64,000 nt of DNA from Vulcanimicrobiota bacterium (lineage in GTDB: Bacteria; Vulcanimicrobiota; Vulcanimicrobiia; Vulcanimicrobiales; Vulcanimicrobiaceae). The notes under the pieces were generated by a model, which saw only the letters and a program-made list of their open reading frames with translations, made no database searches and was not told the DNA's origin. Below are positions 47,813-57,314 of this stretch, in pieces. A program made the translations under genes and the position numbers. The stretch spans positions 1,440,001-1,504,000 of the forward strand of contig CAVTCS010000003.1 in the NCBI GenBank assembly GCA_963733295.1, given 5' to 3'. Within the stretch, counting starts at the first letter, position 1. Each line of letters opens with the position of its first letter.

Positions 47813-48910
47813 CTACGACGCGTCGAGCAAGCGGGCCTCGTTCGAGCCGGCGTACTCGACCACCAGAACCTCGCGGACGCGCTGCGCCTCGGCCAGCGTC
47901 GACGACGCGCCGACGCGCAGCAGCAAGCGGTACAGTCCGGCCAAATATTTTGGGAGCGTTCGATCGTGCGGGTACTGGTGCTGCCAGTCTTCGACCGCCG
48001 TGGCCAGGTGCAATGCGTCGGGAGCCATGCGCTCGCCCCAACCGGAATCCAGATATTTGTCGATGCGCTGCATTTCGTCCCCAACGCCGATCGGCGAGAT
48101 TCGGATCTCGCCGAAATACTCGTCAGCAGGCGCGGTGCGGGTCAGCGCGACCGAGTGGGATTCGCTGCCCGGATCGTTCGCCAAGCGCGCCGCCGAGGTG
48201 CGGTTGCGTCGCGCCACGATAGCGCGCGCGTCAGCGTTATCGACCGGGTTCGCGGCCGGATCGGCCAGGGTCGCCGAAACGATCGCGAAGAGCTGAGCGC
48301 GTTCGGCGACCGGAATCAGCGAGAACGTAACGGCAGGTTCGGCCGCATGCTGCAACAGCGCGCTGCGATAGACGGGATCGCGCGTCAGGGCGTAGGCACG
48401 CACTTCGGCGACGACTTCGGCTACGAACGTGGCCGGTTCGCCGTGAAAGGAGTGGACGTTCGCCGCCGCGTCGTCGTCGGCTTGGCGCGCCAGAACCGCG
48501 GGATCCGCGGCCGCGTCCAGACGCGCCAAGAGCGCCGTGGCTTTGGCTGCGGCCGCGGCGTCACCGCGTGCCTGCACCCAGGTCGCGGCCTCGCGCACGT
48601 ACCACATCGCCGCATCGTCGTTGGTCAACGGGTCGTAGTGCAACTGCGTGGCGACGTCGACGGTCAACCCCGCCACCTCGGCGTACTGCGCATCGGTCGG
48701 CCGGAAGAGCGCGTAGGCACGTCCCGCGTCGAGCACGGCGCTGAAGTATGCGACCTCGGCAACGAAGGGCCAGCCCCGGGCGTTTCCCCGGTCGTAGGCG
48801 CGGCGCATCGTTACGTAGAGCGCTTGCGGATCCACCGTGATGACGGCCGCGGCCGGAGAGGCGAACAGGACGAGCGCGCTCAGCGCGAGGGCAATCGCTC
48901 CGTTACGCAA
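47813..48910 (-). CDS. Hypothetical secreted helical protein
   Basis: Signal peptide (AAA); overlaps the purP stop; APADEYFG motif. Confidence 0.65.
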   Translation of the reverse strand: MRNGAIALALSALVLFASPAAAVITVDPQALYVTMRRAYDRGNARGWPFVAEVAYFSAVLDAGRAYALFRPTDAQYAEVAGLTVDVATQLHYDPLTNDDAAMWYVREAATWVQARGDAAAAAKATALLARLDAAADPAVLARQADDDAAANVHSFHGEPATFVAEVVAEVRAYALTRDPVYRSALLQHAAEPAVTFSLIPVAERAQLFAIVSATLADPAANPVDNADARAIVARRNRTSAARLANDPGSESHSVALTRTAPADEYFGEIRISPIGVGDEMQRIDKYLDSGWGERMAPDALHLATAVEDWQHQYPHDRTLPKYLAGLYRLLLRVGASSTLAEAQRVREVLVVEYAGSNEARLLDAS

Positions 48911-49970
48911 GACCCGAGTCGTCGAGCACGGCGTGCAGGTTATTCGAGAGCAGCGCGTTCTTGATCTCTCGCGCGATGCGGCGGCCGGTCGACATCGGCT
49001 CGCTATAGTTCAAGTACGAGTAGGGCGAGCCGTCGATGAATAGGTTCGTGCCTGCGACGATGCGCGCCGAAACTTCCATGATGTAGAACTGCGTGTCGGG
49101 CGTGATGATCGTTTCGATACAGAACGCACCGAAGAGGCCTTTGGGCGGGCAGATCTCCTGGCTGACACGCACGAGCTCCTCGCCCATGCGATAGGCCTCG
49201 GCCAGCATCGACTCGCGCAGCGAGAGCGGCTGGTTACCCACGACGACGTAACTCGGGTCGACGTTCATACCTTCTTGAGCGGCGGCGGGAATGCGCCCCA
49301 GCGAGTCGACGTTGGTTTCGTAGCGGCGATCCATGCTCATGATCTCGAGCTTGCCGCTAAGCGGTGAGTAGAAGTAGTGGATGTAGAGCGGAACCCCGAT
49401 CACGTACTCTTGCAGCACGTAGTTTCGCCGCGCGAGCTCCGCGGCGCGCTTTTCGAAATCGCCGGCGTCGCGCAGGAACAGATAGCCTTTGCCGCCTTGC
49501 GCGCCGTAGAGCTTGACGATCACGGGCCGGTCGATCTCGGCGCCGCTCTTGAACTGGCGCGGAACCTTGAGTCCGGCTCGCGTGAGCCACTCGCGTTGCA
49601 ACTCGCGGCTCGCTTCCCAGTCGAGCACCGCCTTGTTCCCGAAGTATGGAATCGACATGCGCTTGTGCTCTTCGAGCGAAAGGTACGCGACGAACGAGCC
49701 GTGCGGAACGATGATGATCTTGCGTTGCTCGAGCTCGGGGACGAGCGACATGAAGTCTTCGTAACGCTCGATCGCGATGACCTCGTCGACGAAGGCGAAC
49801 GACTTATAGAGCCGCTGCGTTTCGACGTTGGCGATCGCGAGGGTATTGAAACCCTCGTCGTGAGCGCCTTTGAGGATTTGCAGCGCCGAATGCGAGCCGA
49901 GCGTCGCGACGGTGTAGAAGTCGCTCGACTTCGCTTGAGCGGGCGTGGGGAGAAGTTCGGGTGCAATCAT
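48903..49970 (-). CDS. purP: Formate-dependent FAICAR synthetase (archaeal-type PurP)
   Basis: ATLGSHSALQILKGAHDEGF, VPHGSFVAY, GAQGGKGY, HYFYSPL, DRRYETNVD, LRESML and EVSARIVAGTN. ATG at 49970. Confidence 0.9.
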   Translation of the reverse strand: MIAPELLPTPAQAKSSDFYTVATLGSHSALQILKGAHDEGFNTLAIANVETQRLYKSFAFVDEVIAIERYEDFMSLVPELEQRKIIIVPHGSFVAYLSLEEHKRMSIPYFGNKAVLDWEASRELQREWLTRAGLKVPRQFKSGAEIDRPVIVKLYGAQGGKGYLFLRDAGDFEKRAAELARRNYVLQEYVIGVPLYIHYFYSPLSGKLEIMSMDRRYETNVDSLGRIPAAAQEGMNVDPSYVVVGNQPLSLRESMLAEAYRMGEELVRVSQEICPPKGLFGAFCIETIITPDTQFYIMEVSARIVAGTNLFIDGSPYSYLNYSEPMSTGRRIAREIKNALLSNNLHAVLDDSGLA

Positions 49971-50422
49971 AGTAATGCTCTCTGAAACGCGGGATTGCAA
50001 AGCAAAGTTTCCGTTGCGCGGCGAGCGGCCTCTGCCGCGGGAACGCCGCCCGAGCCTTCGACCCGCCACGCGGTAAAGCGCTCGACGCTCCAGACGCCCG
50101 GGAGCTCGCGGCCCGCAATTCGGACCGGGCCGCTCGCTGCGAGAGCTGCGGGGCGGATTTCGTCGATCCAAACTTCACCCGGCTGCGGCTCCGCGTCGTC
50201 CCGGACGCGAAGCGCGTGCTTTCCCGGATTGTAGATCGTCTCGAGGCTCGAAAGCGTCCGCACCAGACCCTCTTCGGCCGAAGCCTCGAGTTCGAAGCGA
50301 TAGAGGTCGGCGCGGACGAGGGCGTCGAGTGGAACGCCCAGCCGTTCGAGCGTCTCGCGCGCGGTCTCCGCCTCGTTGTCGGGGATCGTCAAGCTGACCT
50401 CGACGCAGCGCACGATTCTCAT
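49967..50422 (-). CDS. purS: PurS-like FGAM synthase subunit, double-length
   Basis: Follows purQ; two PurS-like halves, each ending in an NP motif (IYNPGK, LLCNPAFQ). Confidence 0.6.
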   Translation of the reverse strand: MRIVRCVEVSLTIPDNEAETARETLERLGVPLDALVRADLYRFELEASAEEGLVRTLSSLETIYNPGKHALRVRDDAEPQPGEVWIDEIRPAALAASGPVRIAGRELPGVWSVERFTAWRVEGSGGVPAAEAARRATETLLCNPAFQRALL

Positions 50423-51207
50423 TGCGCGAGCGCTCGCGCCAGACCCTCGAACAGCACGATGCCGCCCGAGGCCGCGAGCATCGCGCCGGCATCGCCGCGC
50501 GCCCGCTCGCGCGATTCGTCGAGATGATTGTAGGTCCAGGCGTCGCGCTCCGGATGCGGCATGATCGCGAGCACGTTTCCGCGCGCGTTCACAAGCCCCG
50601 CCGCGCCCAGCGCCGAGCCGTTCGGAACGGCGTGCTCCCCCGTCTCACCTTTCGCGTTACAATAGACGAAGGCGACGTAGCCTTCCCGCTCGAGCTGCGC
50701 TAGCGTCGCACTTTCGGCAGCAAGACGCCCTTCACCGTGCGAGGCCCAAGCCGGAAATACGACGCCCGGCGCGAGGCTTGCCGTCAACGCGCTGCGCGCC
50801 GGGGGCACGACGAGTTTGACGTGCACGTGCGTCGAGCGAAACTTTCCGAGCGGCGCGTTCTTGGCGAACGCCGCTTGCGGCTGCGTGTGCCCTCCGATAC
50901 CGGGCACGAGCCCGCTTTCGACCAAGACCTGCGCGCCGTTGCAGATGCCCAGCACCGGCTTGCCGACCGCCGCGCCTTCCCGAACCGCGCTCATCACGCG
51001 ATCGTGCGCGGCGATCGCGCCGGCCCGCACGCGATCCTCGTAAGCAAAGCCGCCCGGCAACACGTAAGCGTCGAAGCTGCGCACCTCGTCGAGGTCGGCG
51101 TTCCAGGGCACGAGCTGCGCCGACACGTCGACGGCGTGGCAAGCGCGCAGCGTTTCTTCCTCGCTGTTCGTTCCGGGGAACACGATGATGCCGACGGTAG
51201 CGCTCAC
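50419..51207 (-). CDS. purQ: FGAM synthase glutaminase subunit
   Basis: IVFPGTN, LPGGFAYEDRVRAG, LGICNGAQ, HGEG and MPHPER. Confidence 0.95.
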   Translation of the reverse strand: MSATVGIIVFPGTNSEEETLRACHAVDVSAQLVPWNADLDEVRSFDAYVLPGGFAYEDRVRAGAIAAHDRVMSAVREGAAVGKPVLGICNGAQVLVESGLVPGIGGHTQPQAAFAKNAPLGKFRSTHVHVKLVVPPARSALTASLAPGVVFPAWASHGEGRLAAESATLAQLEREGYVAFVYCNAKGETGEHAVPNGSALGAAGLVNARGNVLAIMPHPERDAWTYNHLDESRERARGDAGAMLAASGGIVLFEGLARALAQ

Positions 51208-53540
51208 TACTGCGGCACCTCGTCGTAGAAATCGCGCAGCGGCGCGGACCAAGCTTCGCGCAAACGTTCGAGATCGAAGGTCGCGCCGGGCAGCCTGATC
51301 GCATTCTGCGCAACGACGTAGCCGAGACGAGCACCGTCCCAATCTGCGTCAGCTCCGTAGCGTTCGAGGTAGAGCTCGTGGAGCGCGCCGATTCGCTCGA
51401 TGTCCGCTTCGAGCACGAAGCCGCCGAACTCACCCAGGAGCGCTCCGGGATCGCCCGAGCGCAATTCGGCACCGAGGCCGTGGAACGGCGACAGGAAGGC
51501 CATCTCGCAGAGCGCCGTCAGCATACCTCCGTCGGAGACGTCGTGCGCCCCGAGCAGGTACCCGTGGCGCGCCGCTTCGAGCACGAATCCGATATCGCAA
51601 CGCTCGCGCACGTAATCGATGACGGGAAGCTCTGTCGCACGTGCCTCGAGAACTTCCGCGACCACCGAGCCGGCGAAGCGCTTCTGGCGCCGTCCGAGGT
51701 AGAGCAGCAGCGAGCCCGCGCGCTTGAGGCCCGGCGTGAGCGAGCGCGAAACGTCGGCGAGGCCTCCGACGCAGGCGATGATCGGCGAAGCCGGGATCGC
51801 CGCGCCGGCGACCGATTGGTTGTAGAGGCTGACGTTGCCGGAAACGAAGGGCGCCGCGAGTTCGCGCGCCGCGCGCGCGATACCGTCGACCGCCGCGACG
51901 AATTCGCCCATCTGCGCGGGGTCCTCGGGATCCCCGAAGTTGAGACAATCGGTGAGTCCGAGCGGACGCGCACCGACCGCGACGACGTTGCGGATCGCCT
52001 CGCACACCGCGTGCTCGGCCGCAAGTTCGGTTCCGTACGCGGAATAGCGCGGATTGCCGCCGACGCCGAGCGCGACGGCGAGCGGCGCCCCCGGTATCGG
52101 CACCAGCACGCCCGCATCGGCATAACCGCTTGGAATCGAGGTCGCGCCGCGCACGACCGAGTCGTAACGCTCGTAGATCGTGCGACGCGAACAGACGTCG
52201 CGATGCCCCAACACCCGTTCGAGCAGAGCCGTGTCGAGCTTTCCGGGTAGCGTTTCGGCGCCGAGCGTTCCACCTTTCGGCGACCTCGGCGCCGGCAATT
52301 CGCAGGGCCGATCGTAGCGGATCCCGCCGGTCAGGAAATCGATCGGCACGCGCATCACTTCTTCGCCGCGATAACGCAAAACGTAGTCCGGCTCCGCGCT
52401 GACTTTGCCGATCACCGCCGCTTGCGCACCGCGCGCAATCAGGGGCAGCGCGAACTCCTCGTTATAGATCGCGAGCAGCTCCGGCGTGAATTCCGGCGGC
52501 ACGACCCAGCACAAGCGCTCTTGCGTTTCCCCGACCGCGATGACGGCCGGCGGCAAATCGGACACCGACGTCGGGCAATCGTCGAGCTCGACGATCGCTC
52601 CGAAGCCGCCGCTCGCGGCGATTTCGGCGGTGCAGCCCATGATGCCACCCGCGCCGAGATCCTTGAAGCCGACGGTCAAACCGCGTTCGCGCAACGCGTC
52701 GAAGACCCGGTACGAGGCGCGCATGATCACGTTCTTGAGAAACGGGTCCGGCACTTGGACCGCGCTCTTGTTCGCTTCGGCATCGGCCTCGTCAAGGAGG
52801 AGCGATGAGAATGCCGCGCCCCCGAATCCGCTGAAATCGGTCGCCTTGCCGACGAGCACGATGTCCCAACCCGCCGAGCCGGGCGGCGCCGCGGAGTGGA
52901 TCACCTCGTCTTCCTTGACCAATCCCAGCGCGACGACGTTGACTAGACAGTTGTCGCGAAAGCCTTCGTGAAAGTAGACGTCGCCTGCGATTGTGGGGAC
53001 GCCGATCGCGTTGCCGTACGCCGCGATGCCGTCGACCACGCCCTGTCCGACGTAGCGCGCGTGCGGGTCGTCGCGCGGACCGAAGCGCAGCGGATCGGCG
53101 AGCGCGATCACGCGCGAGCCCATGCACAACACGTCGCGCACGATGCCGCCGACGCCGGTTGCGGCGCCCTCGAAGGGGACGACTTGGGACGGATGGTTGT
53201 GGGACTCGTGCGCGATCACGATGCCGTACGCGGCGCCGTCCCAATAACCCAAGCGCACGATGCCGGCGTCTTCCTTCGGACCCAGAATCACGTCCGGCCC
53301 GTTCACCGGAAGACGGCTAAGATACGAGCGCGAGCTCTTGTACGAGCAATGTTCGCTCCACTGCGCGTCGAAAGCGTGCGCCTCGACGAGGGTCGGATCG
53401 CGACCCAGACGCTCGGCGATCTTGCGCAGCTCGCTCTTGTTCAGCGCGAGGCCGTTCGTCCGCGCGCCGGCTTCGAGTTCTTGATCCGAAACGTCGCAAA
53501 CCCGCAGCCGCCCGCCGGCAGCTGCCGGCGCATCAGGCAA
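51207..53540 (-). CDS. purL: FGAM synthase synthetase subunit (small PurL)
   Basis: WSEHCSYKSS, ESHNHPS, GAATGVGGIVRD, DLGAGG, DCLNFG and SGNVSLYN. Confidence 0.97.
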   Translation of the reverse strand: MPDAPAAAGGRLRVCDVSDQELEAGARTNGLALNKSELRKIAERLGRDPTLVEAHAFDAQWSEHCSYKSSRSYLSRLPVNGPDVILGPKEDAGIVRLGYWDGAAYGIVIAHESHNHPSQVVPFEGAATGVGGIVRDVLCMGSRVIALADPLRFGPRDDPHARYVGQGVVDGIAAYGNAIGVPTIAGDVYFHEGFRDNCLVNVVALGLVKEDEVIHSAAPPGSAGWDIVLVGKATDFSGFGGAAFSSLLLDEADAEANKSAVQVPDPFLKNVIMRASYRVFDALRERGLTVGFKDLGAGGIMGCTAEIAASGGFGAIVELDDCPTSVSDLPPAVIAVGETQERLCWVVPPEFTPELLAIYNEEFALPLIARGAQAAVIGKVSAEPDYVLRYRGEEVMRVPIDFLTGGIRYDRPCELPAPRSPKGGTLGAETLPGKLDTALLERVLGHRDVCSRRTIYERYDSVVRGATSIPSGYADAGVLVPIPGAPLAVALGVGGNPRYSAYGTELAAEHAVCEAIRNVVAVGARPLGLTDCLNFGDPEDPAQMGEFVAAVDGIARAARELAAPFVSGNVSLYNQSVAGAAIPASPIIACVGGLADVSRSLTPGLKRAGSLLLYLGRRQKRFAGSVVAEVLEARATELPVIDYVRERCDIGFVLEAARHGYLLGAHDVSDGGMLTALCEMAFLSPFHGLGAELRSGDPGALLGEFGGFVLEADIERIGALHELYLERYGADADWDGARLGYVVAQNAIRLPGATFDLERLREAWSAPLRDFYDEVPQ

Positions 53541-54729
53541 GATTGGCGCCTTGCGGAACGGGGCGCGGAGCGTTGAGTTGCGCGTCGGCTTGGAGCACCG
53601 CGGAACGCGCGTGCCCCTGAACGAGCATCACCCGTCCGAACAGAACGGTATCGTCCAGCGCGAGCGCCTTGGCACACGCCGCGGCCGTCGCCTCCGCGCT
53701 CCCGTCACTCGCATCGAAGACGGGATTGGGCGTCGCGGCCTGCAGCATTGCAGCCAGCTGCGGGCCGGACGCCACGTAGATCAAGCGAGCGAAGGTCGCA
53801 TCGAGTTGTTGCGCGGTCTGCATCACGAAAGCCGGCATAAGCTCGCTCGAAACGACGCGCCGCAACACGGTCAAGCCGAATTGACCCAGCGCGCGAATCA
53901 CCGCGTCGAGTCCGCCGACCGCCTCCGGTCCGTCCGCAATCAGGCCCACGGTGCCGGGACGCGCGACCGGAAACGTTCCGGTCAACTCCGCGACCGTTTC
54001 GTAGTTCGCGAGCACGCGCTCCAAGTCCGCAGGCGTCACCTCCGCCAGATTGCGATAAAGCTGCTTGTCGAGCATCAGCTCTTCGCGGCCCTGCGGCCAA
54101 ATGCGCCACGAATCGTTGTCGATCACGTCCGCGATCACGAGATTTCCGCGGCCCTCGGTTCCGATCAAACGGCCGAATTCGATCTTCAGATCGACGAGCA
54201 GCGTCTCGTGGCGGCGCCAGGCGTGCGCCAGGATCTCGAAAACGATGCGCGCGATCTCGCCCATCGTTCCCACTTCTTGGGGCGACGCCAGGCCGCGGGC
54301 CACGATCTCGTCGGGCTCGATCAGAGGATCGTGGTTCGCATCGTCCTTGACGAAGAATTCGACCAGCCGCGGCACGATGATCGAACCGCGCGCCACGCCG
54401 GGTTTGCGCTTGACGAACGAGCCGGCCGCGACGCCCCGCACGACGACTTCGAGCGGAATCATCGTGCAGCGCCGGACCAGCATCTCGTTGTCGTCGTCAT
54501 CCTCGCCGCCGCTCACGTAGTGCGTCGGAAGGCCGCACAGGTTGAGAAGCCGGAAAACGCGCGCGCTCGTTTTGGCCGCGACCCTCCCTTTGCCGGGGAT
54601 CACGTTGCGTCGCGCACCGTCGCCGGCCGTGATGCTATCGAGCGCCTGCACGATCAGAACGTCGGGTTGTCCGGGTTTCTCGTAAAGGGCCTTGGTCTTG
54701 CCGCGTGCGATCTCGGGGCCTTTGTTCAT
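53533..54729 (-). CDS. purC: SAICAR synthetase (PAICS-type) with a C-terminal degenerate PurE-like domain
   Basis: GKTK, ITAGDG, MIPLEVVVR, KDDANHDP, LVDLKIEFG and ADVIDNDSWRIWP; C-terminal extension of about 140 aa. Confidence 0.92.
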   Translation of the reverse strand: MNKGPEIARGKTKALYEKPGQPDVLIVQALDSITAGDGARRNVIPGKGRVAAKTSARVFRLLNLCGLPTHYVSGGEDDDDNEMLVRRCTMIPLEVVVRGVAAGSFVKRKPGVARGSIIVPRLVEFFVKDDANHDPLIEPDEIVARGLASPQEVGTMGEIARIVFEILAHAWRRHETLLVDLKIEFGRLIGTEGRGNLVIADVIDNDSWRIWPQGREELMLDKQLYRNLAEVTPADLERVLANYETVAELTGTFPVARPGTVGLIADGPEAVGGLDAVIRALGQFGLTVLRRVVSSELMPAFVMQTAQQLDATFARLIYVASGPQLAAMLQAATPNPVFDASDGSAEATAAACAKALALDDTVLFGRVMLVQGHARSAVLQADAQLNAPRPVPQGANLA

Positions 54730-56153
54730 GGGACGCTTTCGGCGGGCGTGCGCGGCGCGGGGAACGGCGGCAGATCGGCGATGCGCCCGACGAGCGCGCG
54801 TGCGCGCTCGGGAGCGTCACCGGTGTGATCGCTCGGATCGAGCAACGCGCGAATTTCCGCGGGATCGAGCAACCTGGTGAGACGCTCGTCGTCGACGAGC
54901 AGCCGCGGCAGCGGGTTATCGCTGCCGGCCGCCAATGCATCGTACGCCTTCATCGCTGCTTCGCGCAGCGCTTCGTGCAAGACTTGCCGGTCACCGCCGG
55001 CCTTGACGGCCTCGAGCAGGACGGCTTCGGTTCCCGCGAACGGCCCGTAGGTGCGCAGGTTCTGTGCGATGCGACGTTCGTCCAGGCGCAAGCCTGCGAC
55101 GACGCGCAGTGCCAGTCCCACGATTTCGTCGGTGCACAGAAACGCTTCCGGCAGGATCGTGCGCCGGTTCGCGCTGTCGTCGAGCGTCCGCTCGAGGTAA
55201 TTCGTCGCGGCGTTCTGCCAGGCCACGTCGGCGTACGCCGGGAGGAGCCGCGCCAGCGAGTCGATGCGTTCGGAGAGCATTGGGTTGCGTTTGAAGGGCA
55301 TCGAGGAACTGCCGACTTGTTTGGTCCCGAACGGTTCGAACGCTTCGCCGAAGCCGGGCGACGAGAGGATGCGCACGTCGGCTGCGAATTTCGAGAGCGA
55401 CGCGCCGAGCCCGGCGAGCGTGCTCGCCATCAGGTAGTCGAGCTTGCGCGGATAGGTTTGCGTGCTGACTTCGCGCGCGCTCAGGTCGAATTGGTCGAGG
55501 ACCTCGCTCTCTTGATCGCGCGCGCGCCGGCCGCTTCCGCGCAACAGCCGCTCGTAGGACGCCGAGGTCCCGACGGCCCCGCGAATGCCTTTGGCGGTGA
55601 GCGCGTGATAGGCGACACGCAGTTGCGCTTCGTCGATCAGCAGGTCCTGCGCGTACGCGGCCAAGCGGTAGCCGAAGGTCGTCGGCTCGGCAGGCTGCAG
55701 GTGCGTGTAGCCCATGCAGACGAGTTCGGCGTACTTTTCGATCGACGCGGCGAAGGCGCGCAGTAATTCGTGCAGACGTTCGCCGACGAGCGCCAGGGCG
55801 CGACGCATGCGGTACGTCTCGACGGTATCTTCGACGTCCATCGAGGTCGCGCCGAGGTGCAGCTTCCCGCCGCCTGTCTTCGCCTGCGAAGCGAAGACGC
55901 GGATCTCTGCCATCAAATCGTGACCGATTTCGCGCTCGATTGCGAGCGCCGCAGCGAGATCGATATCGTTTGCGTGGGCTGCAAGATCTTCGACCTCGGC
56001 GCGCGTCACGAGCCCGCTGCGCTCCTGCGAGCGAGCGAGCGCGATCCAGACCGAGCGCCACAACCGCCGCCGTTCCCGCTCGGAGAAGAGCTCGCGCACC
56101 TCTGGTCGCCCGTACCTCCACGAAAACGGCGAGGCGTAGGTCCGCTCATCCAT
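54726..56153 (-). CDS. purB: Adenylosuccinate lyase
   Basis: YASPFSWRY, HLGATS, GYTHLQPA, GSSSMPFKRNP and ERTLDDSANRR. Confidence 0.96.
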   Translation of the reverse strand: MDERTYASPFSWRYGRPEVRELFSERERRRLWRSVWIALARSQERSGLVTRAEVEDLAAHANDIDLAAALAIEREIGHDLMAEIRVFASQAKTGGGKLHLGATSMDVEDTVETYRMRRALALVGERLHELLRAFAASIEKYAELVCMGYTHLQPAEPTTFGYRLAAYAQDLLIDEAQLRVAYHALTAKGIRGAVGTSASYERLLRGSGRRARDQESEVLDQFDLSAREVSTQTYPRKLDYLMASTLAGLGASLSKFAADVRILSSPGFGEAFEPFGTKQVGSSSMPFKRNPMLSERIDSLARLLPAYADVAWQNAATNYLERTLDDSANRRTILPEAFLCTDEIVGLALRVVAGLRLDERRIAQNLRTYGPFAGTEAVLLEAVKAGGDRQVLHEALREAAMKAYDALAAGSDNPLPRLLVDDERLTRLLDPAEIRALLDPSDHTGDAPERARALVGRIADLPPFPAPRTPAESVP

Positions 56154-56196
56154 CGCTAGTCCGGCTTTCGCCTCGCGCGCAGGGGCGGCCTTGAGG

Positions 56197-56233
56197 AGAA
56201 AAAGAGACGAGCCGGACAGACGTCCGGCTCGTC
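56197..56233 (-). terminator. Intrinsic terminator between the secreted-protein gene and purB
   Basis: GACGAGCCGGAC-N4-GTCCGGCTCGTC (12-bp stem) followed by TCTTTTTCT on the minus strand. Confidence 0.8.
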
Positions 56234-56279
56234 GGAGTTCGCGAGCGAGCGACCTCGCCCGGTTCGTTTACTGAATCGC

Positions 56280-57170
56280 CTACTGAACCGCCGTCAGACC
56301 TGCGAACGAGAGGGCTCCCCCGGTCGTATTTGGTGCTGCGAAGCTTAGCACGATGTACAGTGCGCCCGGCGCCTGCGCTGTGAACAGACCCGAATCCGCG
56401 GGGAAGAGAACGGCAGCTGGGGCCCCGGATGCCGCCGGACGGCCATAGACGGCCGGCTCGGTAGTCGTGGCTGCCGTGAAGGTCGTCGTGTACGAGCCGC
56501 TCGGCGCGCCGTAGGAGTTTGCGATGTAGTACGGCGGTGCCGGACTCGGAGCTGTGTCGATCCCGTTTGTTGGGAAGAGGCAGCGGTACGTCGTGGCTGT
56601 CGCCGAGAGTGCGGGACCGCCGCAGATGAGCCGCACGTCATACGACGACGTCGCGGAGCCGCCGGTCAGTTCGATTGCGATGCTCGACGGAACCGGAGCG
56701 CCCGCGTAGGTCGCGCCGACGACGTCGATCTCGTTGTAGTTGAACGTCGCGGTGTTACCGGGTATTCCGAATTGGTAAGTCAAGTTCGGAACCGTTCCGC
56801 TATATTTGACGACTTGGACCGCTTGACTGTTTTCGGTGTACGTTATCGTATGCGAACCGGGAGCCGGGGGCGAGGCGCTAGGATTGGGTGCCACGATCAC
56901 GTCGGTGGCTATGGTTGCAATGTAGCCAATCGTCGCTCCCTTATAGGGGAGTGTGCCTGCGGTGCCCGGTGGATTGCCGCCGTCGACAGCGAGCACGGGT
57001 TCGGTTCCGGGCGGGGGCGGACCATTGCCATTGGTTGATTGGACCGAGCCGCCGCCGGCGCCGTTCGGAAGTCCACCCGTCGGCAGTGATGTCCCTGTTG
57101 ACCCCCCACAGCCGTTCAGAGCGATCCCGAAGACTCCAACGAGAGCCAGTCGAGCTAAAATCGTGCGCAT
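56280..57170 (-). CDS. Hypothetical Gly/Thr/Pro-rich lipoprotein
   Basis: GAGGAG RBS, lipobox LNGC, and a downstream terminator. Confidence 0.7.
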   Translation of the reverse strand: MRTILARLALVGVFGIALNGCGGSTGTSLPTGGLPNGAGGGSVQSTNGNGPPPPGTEPVLAVDGGNPPGTAGTLPYKGATIGYIATIATDVIVAPNPSASPPAPGSHTITYTENSQAVQVVKYSGTVPNLTYQFGIPGNTATFNYNEIDVVGATYAGAPVPSSIAIELTGGSATSSYDVRLICGGPALSATATTYRCLFPTNGIDTAPSPAPPYYIANSYGAPSGSYTTTFTAATTTEPAVYGRPAASGAPAAVLFPADSGLFTAQAPGALYIVLSFAAPNTTGGALSFAGLTAVQ

Positions 57171-57314
57171 TGGAGAAAACTCCTCGATACGTTCCACTCA
57201 GCAATCGAGACACGAGCATGCACACGTCGTCTGAGGCCGACGCCGCATCTCCGGGCCGACGTTGCTCGCCGTGCTGCCGCAATCCTTTTGGACGGGAGGG
57301 CGAGCAGGGAGCCG

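Noticed and set aside
47345..48964. 539-aa plus-strand ORF
   Set aside because: Antisense to coherent minus-strand operon genes; Arg-rich and without motifs.
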